Virus record (IMG/VR): IMGVR_UViG_3300037087_000760
Span: 1-64,000 of that record
Strand: one strand, 5' to 3'
Length of the DNA: 64,000 nt
Both the position numbers and the translations under genes were made by a program. A model generated the notes under the pieces. It ran no database searches. It saw only the letters and a list, made by a program, of their open reading frames with translations, and was not told the origin of the DNA. Below, piece after piece: positions 55,857-64,000 of the stretch. Within the stretch, counting starts at the first letter, position 1. The number at the start of each line of letters is the position of its first letter.

Positions 55857-55907
55857 TCTTAAATTGTATCTACAAAGGTAGGGATATTTTTCGAAATAAA
55901 AAAATTA

Positions 55908-56660
55908 TTAGTCAATGGATTCCAAAATAAATCTTTGGGAATTACCAATTAAACGCTCTTTAGCGTTATAATATTCTCTGATACAGTTCCCACAAAAAGA
56001 GCAAGTTGAATGTCTTTCACAACAGGTATAAACAAATGGATTCTTTCGGAAATTTTTCATTATCTTATCCATTTCAGTTTTCTTTATACACCAATAACTA
56101 TTGATCGTTCTTTTTTTCCAAATATAATTTTTCTTGTGTTCATCTGGTACATCAGATGAATAATAGGCCATAAAAGTCAATACGACAGCCACTCCTTTTG
56201 AAGTGTAATATTCGATAGCTGGTTTCACTACATTATCAAGATTCCATGTATTAACACGAATACGGACAAACATCAAATTGTCTGGAATAGTCTTTAATTT
56301 ATGAAATGATTTATCGGTTTTAAGACTTGGATTAATGGTCAATACAACTGGTGCCGAAAAATTACCCAGATCCTTTGGAATGCTTGTATTGTAAAATCTG
56401 TCTTTAAATTGTTGAGTACTGGATTCAACGATATCTCTATCAACATTTGAATCATTACCATCATTAACTCTCACAATTCTATCGTTTGATAAATCAATTG
56501 GTGGGATATGAGGTAATGTTTCTTCTAATGGTTCTAAATAGGATCTTCCACTTTGAAAGAAACAATCTGAACATCCTACTGGACATCTACCAGATTGTGG
56601 AATACATTCAATTATTCCTGAACCTTTTACTTTGGGATTCCATAACCAATCTTGTTTCAT
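55908..56660 (-). CDS. Atypical radical-SAM-like protein
   Basis: CPVGCSDC motif; C-terminal CC...CxxCxxC. Confidence 0.65.
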   Translation of the reverse strand: MKQDWLWNPKVKGSGIIECIPQSGRCPVGCSDCFFQSGRSYLEPLEETLPHIPPIDLSNDRIVRVNDGNDSNVDRDIVESSTQQFKDRFYNTSIPKDLGNFSAPVVLTINPSLKTDKSFHKLKTIPDNLMFVRIRVNTWNLDNVVKPAIEYYTSKGVAVVLTFMAYYSSDVPDEHKKNYIWKKRTINSYWCIKKTEMDKIMKNFRKNPFVYTCCERHSTCSFCGNCIREYYNAKERLIGNSQRFILESID

Positions 56661-57238
56661 TTGATAAAATCGTTGATTTTTTCTTCACTTCTGAGTACTA
56701 ATTTAACTTTCTCTTTCAATTTTTTAGTTTCAATATCCTGATAGTATTTTCTTTGTTTTAATAAATCTTTTAATGCCGTTTGAATATCCACTTGCCATGT
56801 TTTAGGTGATAATGTGTAAAACCCATCATATCCTGTGCTGGATGTATCTAAATTTAGATAATACGATTTATCAGCTGCTTCATCAGAAATAGATGCCGAT
56901 ATACCGAATGGTACGGTTTTATGGTGGAATCCTATTCTGTTGAATTTACCATCTTTGCCTTTGGGTGTATATTCTACATCGCAATAATCGATAAAATCTA
57001 CTGCCCATTTAGCATTAAGTACTTTTAAATACTTGTATTCCTTTCCTTTGTTTTTATCCCCATCCCAAGCAAAACGAATACCAAGTATTCTATCTTTATT
57101 TGTCAATTGGGATAATTTGATTTTATTAGAACTGTTTGCACGATCAGCCCTATCTTTTTCAATTTGTTTCAGACGATTATTAATCGTTGTTTGTAATGAA
57201 ACAAGTTCTTCCTTTGTAAGATTATCAATATTTTCCAT
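56657..57238 (-). CDS. Hypothetical protein
   Basis: 193 aa. Confidence 0.65.
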   Translation of the reverse strand: MENIDNLTKEELVSLQTTINNRLKQIEKDRADRANSSNKIKLSQLTNKDRILGIRFAWDGDKNKGKEYKYLKVLNAKWAVDFIDYCDVEYTPKGKDGKFNRIGFHHKTVPFGISASISDEAADKSYYLNLDTSSTGYDGFYTLSPKTWQVDIQTALKDLLKQRKYYQDIETKKLKEKVKLVLRSEEKINDFIK

Positions 57239-57241
57239 AAT

Positions 57242-57916
57242 TTATAACATCATTCTTTTTGTGATTTCAATAAGAACCTTAACATCAAGTTCACAATATT
57301 GCATAATTGCATCGTAATCTTTTTTTAACCAATAATATTCATGTACTTTACTACCATTTAAAATGTTCTTAGAGGATTCTATACCCAAATCATAAGCGAC
57401 TTCATCCATTGATGGATTTACCCTCTGAATCTTACCACTACTTTTCCAGACATCAAATATATCCAGATTCCATGTTTCCCATGGCTTTTTATCTACTGTG
57501 TTAATGTTCGAAGGAATTTCCAATCCATACTTATAAAACTTTTTAGTTATCCAAGGAATATCAAAATTCTTTATATTGTATCCACAAATTCTTTTTTTAC
57601 TACCAACACTATCAAATAATTTCTTGATATTGTTCATCAAGGCTTCTTCATCCCCATCTCTATTTAAAAAAGAACCGATTTGAGAAACACCATTTTTGAA
57701 TATACCATACGATACACATACAATCATCCCATGTTCAGCCATCAATGGAGCTTTCATTGGGTAAAGTTGTTCATATGGTTCTTTCCATTCATCTTTGAAA
57801 ACCTCACATTTTCTCAGGAATAAATCATAACCACGATGATCTTTTCTTTTTAAAGTTTCTAAATCTGGATACTTTGAGGTCGTTTCTATGTCAAAATAAA
57901 AAAAGTCGGTGTACAT
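57242..57916 (-). CDS. 3'-5' exonuclease (PolB proofreading-like, DEDD)
   Basis: FDIET, GYNIKNFD, YCELD; AAACTTTT-N14-TATAAC at 57937-57964. Confidence 0.85.
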   Translation of the reverse strand: MYTDFFYFDIETTSKYPDLETLKRKDHRGYDLFLRKCEVFKDEWKEPYEQLYPMKAPLMAEHGMIVCVSYGIFKNGVSQIGSFLNRDGDEEALMNNIKKLFDSVGSKKRICGYNIKNFDIPWITKKFYKYGLEIPSNINTVDKKPWETWNLDIFDVWKSSGKIQRVNPSMDEVAYDLGIESSKNILNGSKVHEYYWLKKDYDAIMQYCELDVKVLIEITKRMML

Positions 57917-57972
57917 AATAAAATATAATTTTTCTTGTTATATACACCGACATCAGAAAAGTTTGTGAATAT

Positions 57973-58422
57973 TTACCACCATTCAAATATTGGTAAATCC
58001 CAAGGATTTTCTACTCCCTCTGGTTCTTCAGCATCGTAATGTTTACCATCATAATATATCCACATATGAGCTGGTGGTTCTTCATCCATTAGTTTTTCAT
58101 CTGGATAACCATACCTATCTAACATATTTTTACTCCATTCAATATCATCATGTTTAATCATTACATCATTGTATGTTGATATTAAATGTTGTTTTTGTCT
58201 ATCATCTGTCGGTGTAAACATAGAAGATGTTAATGTTTCAAGTTTATCAGGAAATCTATCTTGAATTTCATCAATAAAGTCAACACAATGACCACTATTA
58301 ATATCCGAATATGATTTTATTTTACCTTTAATAAATTCATCTCTGACGGTTTTAATTATTTTAGTCAGATTCGAGAGTGTTTCTTCTTTCTCGTTCATAA
58401 ACTGTTTAAAGTTATCAATCAT
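57973..58422 (-). CDS. Putative internal head protein (CTS-like)
   Basis: MIDNFKQFMNE. Confidence 0.6.
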   Translation of the reverse strand: MIDNFKQFMNEKEETLSNLTKIIKTVRDEFIKGKIKSYSDINSGHCVDFIDEIQDRFPDKLETLTSSMFTPTDDRQKQHLISTYNDVMIKHDDIEWSKNMLDRYGYPDEKLMDEEPPAHMWIYYDGKHYDAEEPEGVENPWDLPIFEWW

Positions 58423-58781
58423 AAAGATTCTATGGATTTTAAAAGATCTGCTTTATGATATGGTTTACAAATTATATCATCAAATTTAAATTTTTTAACA
58501 TAATCAACATCCTGAATAACTTCATCTATCCCCGAAATCAATATAATTGGTACTTCCATTATGTTCTTTATTTCATTTGTTATCATTAAACCATTCTTAT
58601 ATGGTAATCTGTAATCAATGATAACTAAGTCAATAGATTTCTTTTTGAATATATCTAATGCCTTTTCCCCTGTTACACATTTGAAAACTTTAGCTTTTAA
58701 AGATTTCAAATGGCTTTCTGCTATTTTCATATCGTTTTCGTTATCTTCAACGATAAGAACATTTTTTCCTTTTAATAACAT
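58419..58781 (-). CDS. Single-domain response regulator receiver (CheY-like)
   Basis: LIVEDN, DLVIIDYRLP, IILISG, CKP. Confidence 0.9.
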   Translation of the reverse strand: MLLKGKNVLIVEDNENDMKIAESHLKSLKAKVFKCVTGEKALDIFKKKSIDLVIIDYRLPYKNGLMITNEIKNIMEVPIILISGIDEVIQDVDYVKKFKFDDIICKPYHKADLLKSIESL

Positions 58782-58809
58782 AATAGTAAAGATTTTTCTT
58801 TCTATATAT

Positions 58810-58849
58810 AAAAAAAAGGTCTAAAATTTCCATCTTAGACCTTTTTTTA
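58810..58849. terminator. Intrinsic terminator
   Basis: AAAAAAAGGTCTAA/TTAGACCTTTTTTT. Confidence 0.8.
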
Positions 58850-58866
58850 TTCAAAAAATAGTTTTA

Positions 58867-59250
58867 TTATTTTTTCATAAATTCCTCTGTCGTTCTATAA
58901 CATTGATCAATAAAATCACTTTTGATAAAAGTTTTTCGGATTTTCTTTCCATTTAAATCTCTTTTATAAGGAAAAGGCCAAACATCATCTTCATGATAAC
59001 ATTCAAGATAACTCAACATTATAAATGACAGTAAAGATATTCCAATAATAATAAGTGGAATTAACCAAAGATCTGATGAAAATAAAAAGACATTTGATGT
59101 TTCTCTGACTTCTTTGGTTGTGGCACCCAAGGCATATTGAATTGGTTGAGAAAAACTATCAGCCATTGCAATACAAAGAGATAAAATAAGAGATACTATT
59201 CCAGTTGTGGAAAAACAAGTCTTAATTAATGAATAGTCCTTTTCGTACAT
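58867..59250 (-). CDS. Two-TM membrane protein
   Basis: Hydrophobic helices. Confidence 0.55.
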   Translation of the reverse strand: MYEKDYSLIKTCFSTTGIVSLILSLCIAMADSFSQPIQYALGATTKEVRETSNVFLFSSDLWLIPLIIIGISLLSFIMLSYLECYHEDDVWPFPYKRDLNGKKIRKTFIKSDFIDQCYRTTEEFMKK

Positions 59251-59410
59251 CGGTTATGACTTTGCAGTTGACATTACTTTGTAATGAATACTCAATGGTT
59301 TCACAGTTTCCATTATTTTGTAATGAACACTCGAATTGGTCACTGGAATATGGCCATCTTCCTTTTTCTGATCTTTTTTTGAATTTTTCATTTTATGATT
59401 GTATTATGGT

Positions 59411-59821
59411 TTATAAATCCCAAACTTTATCCATGAAACGATTCCATGTGGAAGTTGAACCAAATTCCTTGATCAGTTCTTCCATCGCGGTATCATAATC
59501 TTTATCACCCTCACGGCCGGGAATTGAATTGGCGAAATAACCATCCCCGTAACAAATATTACTACCTGTATTATCTGGAGGGAGTCCGTTGAGAGTTTTC
59601 AACATATCTTTGATATGTTCTTTTCTTCTGAAATTGAGAGGTTTATTTTTATTCTCTCTGCGTTTGTGAGCCAACCATTGTTCATGGTCTTGTTTCTTTT
59701 TCTCTTCGGCTTTCCGAATGGCTACCATTTCATCATTCCTTTTCTTAACATATAATGTCAAGGGAAGTTGAAGTTCGTGTGCTTTTCTTGTGAAAATATT
59801 CATCGGTTTATAATTTGACAC
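59411..59821 (-). CDS. Hypothetical protein
   Basis: TATCTTTG promoter at 59824-59831; real start probably 59803. Confidence 0.65.
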   Translation of the reverse strand: MSNYKPMNIFTRKAHELQLPLTLYVKKRNDEMVAIRKAEEKKKQDHEQWLAHKRRENKNKPLNFRRKEHIKDMLKTLNGLPPDNTGSNICYGDGYFANSIPGREGDKDYDTAMEELIKEFGSTSTWNRFMDKVWDL

Positions 59822-59858
59822 TACAAAGATACAACAAACCTCTGAAATAAAAAAATAA

Positions 59859-61814
59859 TTAGCTTTTCTTCTTTTTCAATTGATTATATAATTTCATCTT
59901 CTCGGTATCACTCAATGTATCAAAAGCAGCCTTCATGTCCTTAACATCAGATCTGTTTTTTTGATCGAGAACACGAGTATCTGATTGATTTTGAACACTT
60001 TCTTGATTTTTTGATAATTCAATATGATTTGTGATATTACTGAAGTATACAGTTGGAAGAGCGGATTCATTTGAATTAATATACTTAACATCAACCGAAT
60101 CCCCCTCTTTCGTCATATAGATTTCGACCACATTAGAAGTACTAAGTACGATAGCTTTCTTCATCTTTTTAAACTGAATGTAGTGAGTATTATTTTCACC
60201 AATTCCTATACGCCAAACGACATCACGAATTTCAACCATATCTTTTGTAGCTTCAGTAGATAGTTGTGTACTGGAATTCATAATTGTTTTTACAAACATC
60301 TGTAAAGCCTCACGAGGGGTTTTACCGATAGCGAATGCCTTATTTTTAGTCGAAACAATACCAAGATTCTGAAAATTAGCGTGTCCATTATTATCCTTGG
60401 CCAATATCGGTACAAGTGCACACATTTCACCATAAATATTTTCATAGACAATCTGTTCAGAGGCGTACCAATTTGGAAAGTTCTTAATGGCTGTTTCAAT
60501 TGTACCAATAACAGAAGATTCAGTTTGACCACCCTCAGTAGTGTAAAAAATACTTTGCCCAGTTCTTGCGTCCGTATAAATCAACCCCACCATTGTTTGA
60601 TCACTTTTAATTGATGTTACAGGTGTAACATATACACAACGGCCATCAATTGAATAATTCATAACTGGTGTTTCTGGTTTTAATAAGTTATTTCTACCAC
60701 CCCACCATACAGCGTTACCCCAACCATCTTTTAAATCACCCCAAAGAGTAATATAATACTGAACAAGATCTTTTGGAATTACACGGTCAATCCAAGAGTA
60801 TTTGGGATTTCCATTATCAATTTCACTTTTCGGAATAAATGTATCTTCACCAGTTTCAGGATCAAAAAGAATAACACCCTGAACAACGGCACCACACCAA
60901 AAAATAGATGGTTTGGAAGCAGTTACAGTCCACCATACTCTACCATTATCATCTTCTTCGAATGTGAAATCTTCAAGATGATAATTGAAATATTTCTTAT
61001 AAAGTTTTCTTTCGATATTATCACCGAAAAATGCACCGAATGTATATTTCATTTTTTGATTTGACTTCACCAAAACAGGTTTTGCATTCGGATCAGTGGC
61101 TGACACTTTTACATAATCCGTAACATAATTTGTATTGAACCATCTGAAAATATTAGAAAAATCAATTGGAATGAGGTAGTAATAATCATTTTTTATTTTC
61201 TGTAATGTACTATGATTCTCATCCAGTTCAAATTGAGAACCAAGTGTATGTCCACTACTATCACTCAATGATGTTGATGCTAATGAAAAGGCGAGATCAT
61301 ATGTAACTAATCTGATATGTGTTGGGTCAATAGATTGTTGGTCTTGTGACCAATGTTGTCTTGTTTTATTATCCATTTTACCGATAAGATCGGCGTATTT
61401 ATGATCTTGATTTCCCCAGAATGCCCAACTAAATATCCATGTGGAAATTAACAAACTAATAGAAATTAAAGAAACCCACATAGGAATTTTATAGGAATTT
61501 TTTGATGGTTGTTTATTATCTCCACCTCTTTGATTACGCCAATTAGAACTATTATCTTTTTCATTGAAATAAATACCAATAGCGACAATTGCTGTTATGA
61601 ACCACCAAACCATGAGGATAATAAAATATGTACCCAATAATGGATAGGCTATAGATGGCATTCCAAGATAGACGATGAAAAATGAAATTAAAAAATACGC
61701 ACTACCCGAAATAAACATAGCCGTAAATCTTTCACCACTCTTTTTCAATGAATAAAGAGGGGCTATTCCAAGAATAGCCATGACTAACGAAATTAAAATT
61801 GATAATCCAAACAT
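59859..61814 (-). CDS. Multi-TM membrane protein with large extracytoplasmic domain
   Basis: Four N-terminal TM helices, 651 aa. Confidence 0.75.
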   Translation of the reverse strand: MFGLSILISLVMAILGIAPLYSLKKSGERFTAMFISGSAYFLISFFIVYLGMPSIAYPLLGTYFIILMVWWFITAIVAIGIYFNEKDNSSNWRNQRGGDNKQPSKNSYKIPMWVSLISISLLISTWIFSWAFWGNQDHKYADLIGKMDNKTRQHWSQDQQSIDPTHIRLVTYDLAFSLASTSLSDSSGHTLGSQFELDENHSTLQKIKNDYYYLIPIDFSNIFRWFNTNYVTDYVKVSATDPNAKPVLVKSNQKMKYTFGAFFGDNIERKLYKKYFNYHLEDFTFEEDDNGRVWWTVTASKPSIFWCGAVVQGVILFDPETGEDTFIPKSEIDNGNPKYSWIDRVIPKDLVQYYITLWGDLKDGWGNAVWWGGRNNLLKPETPVMNYSIDGRCVYVTPVTSIKSDQTMVGLIYTDARTGQSIFYTTEGGQTESSVIGTIETAIKNFPNWYASEQIVYENIYGEMCALVPILAKDNNGHANFQNLGIVSTKNKAFAIGKTPREALQMFVKTIMNSSTQLSTEATKDMVEIRDVVWRIGIGENNTHYIQFKKMKKAIVLSTSNVVEIYMTKEGDSVDVKYINSNESALPTVYFSNITNHIELSKNQESVQNQSDTRVLDQKNRSDVKDMKAAFDTLSDTEKMKLYNQLKKKKS

Positions 61815-61843
61815 AGTTTTTGTTTTTAATAACGGTTAATAAT

Positions 61844-62083
61844 TTATATTTTATTGTAATCTTTTCGTTCAACTCCATTGTAATCTTCGGGATAATCATC
61901 TTTGATTTCTCTCCAATGGGTTACAGTAAACTCTCCATTTTCAATATTTCCTCTGATAATATCCTCTGCTCTGACATTCGTAATTCGATAACTATGATTG
62001 TGAGGATCATATCCATACACATCATAAAAAGGATTCTCTTTTGTTAATCGAACTTTTTCTTCACGAATATTAATCCATTTCAT
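61844..62083 (-). CDS. Hypothetical protein
   Basis: MKWINI...VTHWREI pattern common in phage small proteins. Confidence 0.6.
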   Translation of the reverse strand: MKWINIREEKVRLTKENPFYDVYGYDPHNHSYRITNVRAEDIIRGNIENGEFTVTHWREIKDDYPEDYNGVERKDYNKI

Positions 62084-62094
62084 TATCCATTGTT

Positions 62095-62646
62095 TTAATG
62101 TGCAATCCTTATTACACCTTGTTCTTTACAAAATTTACACCTACATGGTGCTGGACTATGATCTTCTGGGCTTCCATTCGGTTCCGCACCATGCCATCTC
62201 CAACGATCTTCGGCACCCATCAAACAATAAACACCATCATCCTTACCAGTTGTCATTTGATACTCATGATTTAATGTTTCTTTTCGGTAAATAAAATCTT
62301 CAAAACTTCTTAGAACTTCTTCATTTGATTTACCTACATCAAAAGTCCAATGTTCGAACCATGTTAAACACCAAACTTCAAACTCTACAAACTTGATGTC
62401 GATGGTTACATCATTAATATTTTTAATGTCAAGTTTATATTTATCCCACCATTCAACAAAAATTTCTGAAAGTTCCTTTTCGGATTTTTCTTCTTTAAAC
62501 ATTCTTCGAAAACTGGTACTATTCCAAATTCTACCCTCTGGTAAATCTTTATACCAATTAGGATAATTTGGATCTTGAATTCCATCTTCACTCCATCTAA
62601 CAGAGAATGAATAAATGGGAAAAGCTTGTTCTTTATTAATTTCCAT
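62095..62646 (-). CDS. Hypothetical protein
   Basis: 183 aa, C-terminal CRCKFC. Confidence 0.65.
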   Translation of the reverse strand: MEINKEQAFPIYSFSVRWSEDGIQDPNYPNWYKDLPEGRIWNSTSFRRMFKEEKSEKELSEIFVEWWDKYKLDIKNINDVTIDIKFVEFEVWCLTWFEHWTFDVGKSNEEVLRSFEDFIYRKETLNHEYQMTTGKDDGVYCLMGAEDRWRWHGAEPNGSPEDHSPAPCRCKFCKEQGVIRIAH

Positions 62647-62649
62647 AAT

Positions 62650-63453
62650 TTACTTATAATTAGGGATAATCTTGGTTAAATATTCCCATTCCTGAGAAAA
62701 TATTGGTGGATCAACAACAACCCATTTACCATCCACTTTTACGATAGCACGGCCACGCTTTAAACCAGTTGGTATTTTATCCCAATTCTGACCTTTCTGA
62801 AAAATCATTTCTTGTTGTTGTTTGGAATTTTTTCCATTTAATTGAGATCGTGAAGAATGTGGATATAAGGATTGTGCCACCGATGAAATACTATTTCTGG
62901 TGGCATCTCCCTGACGCCAAACCAGATAGTTGATAACATCAGTCGGGGATGGAATGGTGAATACTCTGGAATCAAAACGAGCACCTTTATTTTTTTTAAT
63001 GAGTTTTATGACATCAGATAGTTTAACTAATCCCAATAATTCATCAAATTCCAATGAATTCATTGATGCCGCTAATAACCAAATATAAAATTCTTTATTG
63101 AATGTTTCAGTTACAATGGAAGCGGAATTACTACAAATCTTCTGAACAATTCCATCCCACCAAGGCATTGTTTTAATATCATCAAAATCGGTCATGATGA
63201 TAGAAATTTCATCCGATTGAACAAATCCAATTTTACAACCCTGAGCTTCTTCACAAAGAGCAATAGCGGATTGATTCATCATATTCACAAAATTTTCATC
63301 AAATGGTCTTTTGAACCTCTTAGTGAATGTGTGGAAAGCACGACCATCTACACGGATAAGAGTATATGTTCTCTGAGGGAGTTTACCACGAGTGACTTCC
63401 TCATAATTTTTCATTCTTTCCCCTAAAGAATCTTTCTCTGGTTTCTTACTCAT
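62650..63453 (-). CDS. thg1: tRNA(His) guanylyltransferase Thg1-like protein
   Basis: IRVDGRAFHTFT, QSDEIS, FDSR, WRQGDATRNSI; TATTTTTG promoter at 63479-63486. Confidence 0.92.
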   Translation of the reverse strand: MSKKPEKDSLGERMKNYEEVTRGKLPQRTYTLIRVDGRAFHTFTKRFKRPFDENFVNMMNQSAIALCEEAQGCKIGFVQSDEISIIMTDFDDIKTMPWWDGIVQKICSNSASIVTETFNKEFYIWLLAASMNSLEFDELLGLVKLSDVIKLIKKNKGARFDSRVFTIPSPTDVINYLVWRQGDATRNSISSVAQSLYPHSSRSQLNGKNSKQQQEMIFQKGQNWDKIPTGLKRGRAIVKVDGKWVVVDPPIFSQEWEYLTKIIPNYK

Positions 63454-63512
63454 AAAATATTTGTATTAATCAATCTAACAAAAATAGATTATTTATATGA
63501 ATAAAAAAAATT

Positions 63513-64000
63513 TTAAGCCAATAATTCTATTTTTCCTTTCAAAATATCTTTCCAACGACACGACTTTCCAGTAATGTGATCAGTTACAACATCTTCTCTT
63601 ATTCTATAAGTCCTTCTTTTTTGACCTCCCCTACTTCCATTTCCAATTTGGTCATTACGAAAATTCTTATTCTTCTCGTAGTTTTTCTTATCTTCGATTA
63701 CTTTTAGTTTCTCATATAATCTCTGATAAGCTATTTCTTCATTTTTTGTTTGGTCTCTTGTGTCTTGACATTTAATTTGAATTCCAGTTGGAATATGAGT
63801 TAATTGAACACAAGAGGCCACTTTATTCACATTCTGACCACCAGCTCCAGAACTACGGATATATTTCTTAGTTATCTCATTATAATTCAACTGAAGGTCT
63901 GTATTAACTTCTGGGTTCATAATTGCCACCGTTACGAAGCTGGTTTGAACCCTACCATTCTTTTCGGTAGGTGGTATCCTCACAAAACAGTGTGATCCAC
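63513..64000 (-). CDS. prfA: Class I peptide release factor, RF1-like (5' end outside window)
   Basis: PPT, SSGAGGQNVNK, QIGNG, RTY, VTDH; frame stays open to the window edge (GSHCFVRIPPTE). Confidence 0.85.
   Translation of the reverse strand, partial: GSHCFVRIPPTEKNGRVQTSFVTVAIMNPEVNTDLQLNYNEITKKYIRSSGAGGQNVNKVASCVQLTHIPTGIQIKCQDTRDQTKNEEIAYQRLYEKLKVIEDKKNYEKNKNFRNDQIGNGSRGGQKRRTYRIREDVVTDHITGKSCRWKDILKGKIELLA

Noticed and set aside
59268-59400. Imperfect ~36-nt duplication encoding S(V/I)HYK(I/V)M twice in a small minus-strand ORF
   Set aside because: Only two degenerate copies and no further structure; probably a local duplication

Overview
This very AT-rich, gene-dense 64 kb window is best read as part of a T4-related jumbo/huge myophage of a Bacteroidota host. 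The phage call rests on gp15-like, baseplate, LamG and tail-fibre genes plus degenerate gp19-, gp23- and gp20-like paralogs. The host call rests on 11 TAnnTTTG promoters, a T9SS cargo/PID-CTERM gene and a Bacteroidota-type beta-barrel gene. No integrase, rRNA or CRISPR array was seen, and the standard genetic code is used. Translation-related genes include EF-G, an RF1-like release factor (runs off the right edge), Thg1-like, RNA ligase, a Pnk-like kinase, an ArfA-like peptide and an S4-like peptide. The most unusual region is the minus-strand RNA operon at 9.4-13.4 kb. It holds 15 tRNAs with an intact cloverleaf (several with odd features) and two tRNA bodies whose anticodon loop is replaced by a tetraloop. 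It also holds a D-armless tRNA, several tRNA-sized unknown RNAs, and a three-copy non-tRNA module that displays Arg, Cys and Met anticodon stem-loops. The operon is preceded by what looks like a leader-peptide attenuator enriched in the amino acids of those same tRNAs. Other highlights are at least 14 ORFs with a T4 capsid-targeting-like N-terminus, three promoter classes, and three promoter-to-terminator ncRNA units (43.2, 43.5 and 54.2 kb). All protein-family calls come from motif recognition by eye, not database searches.
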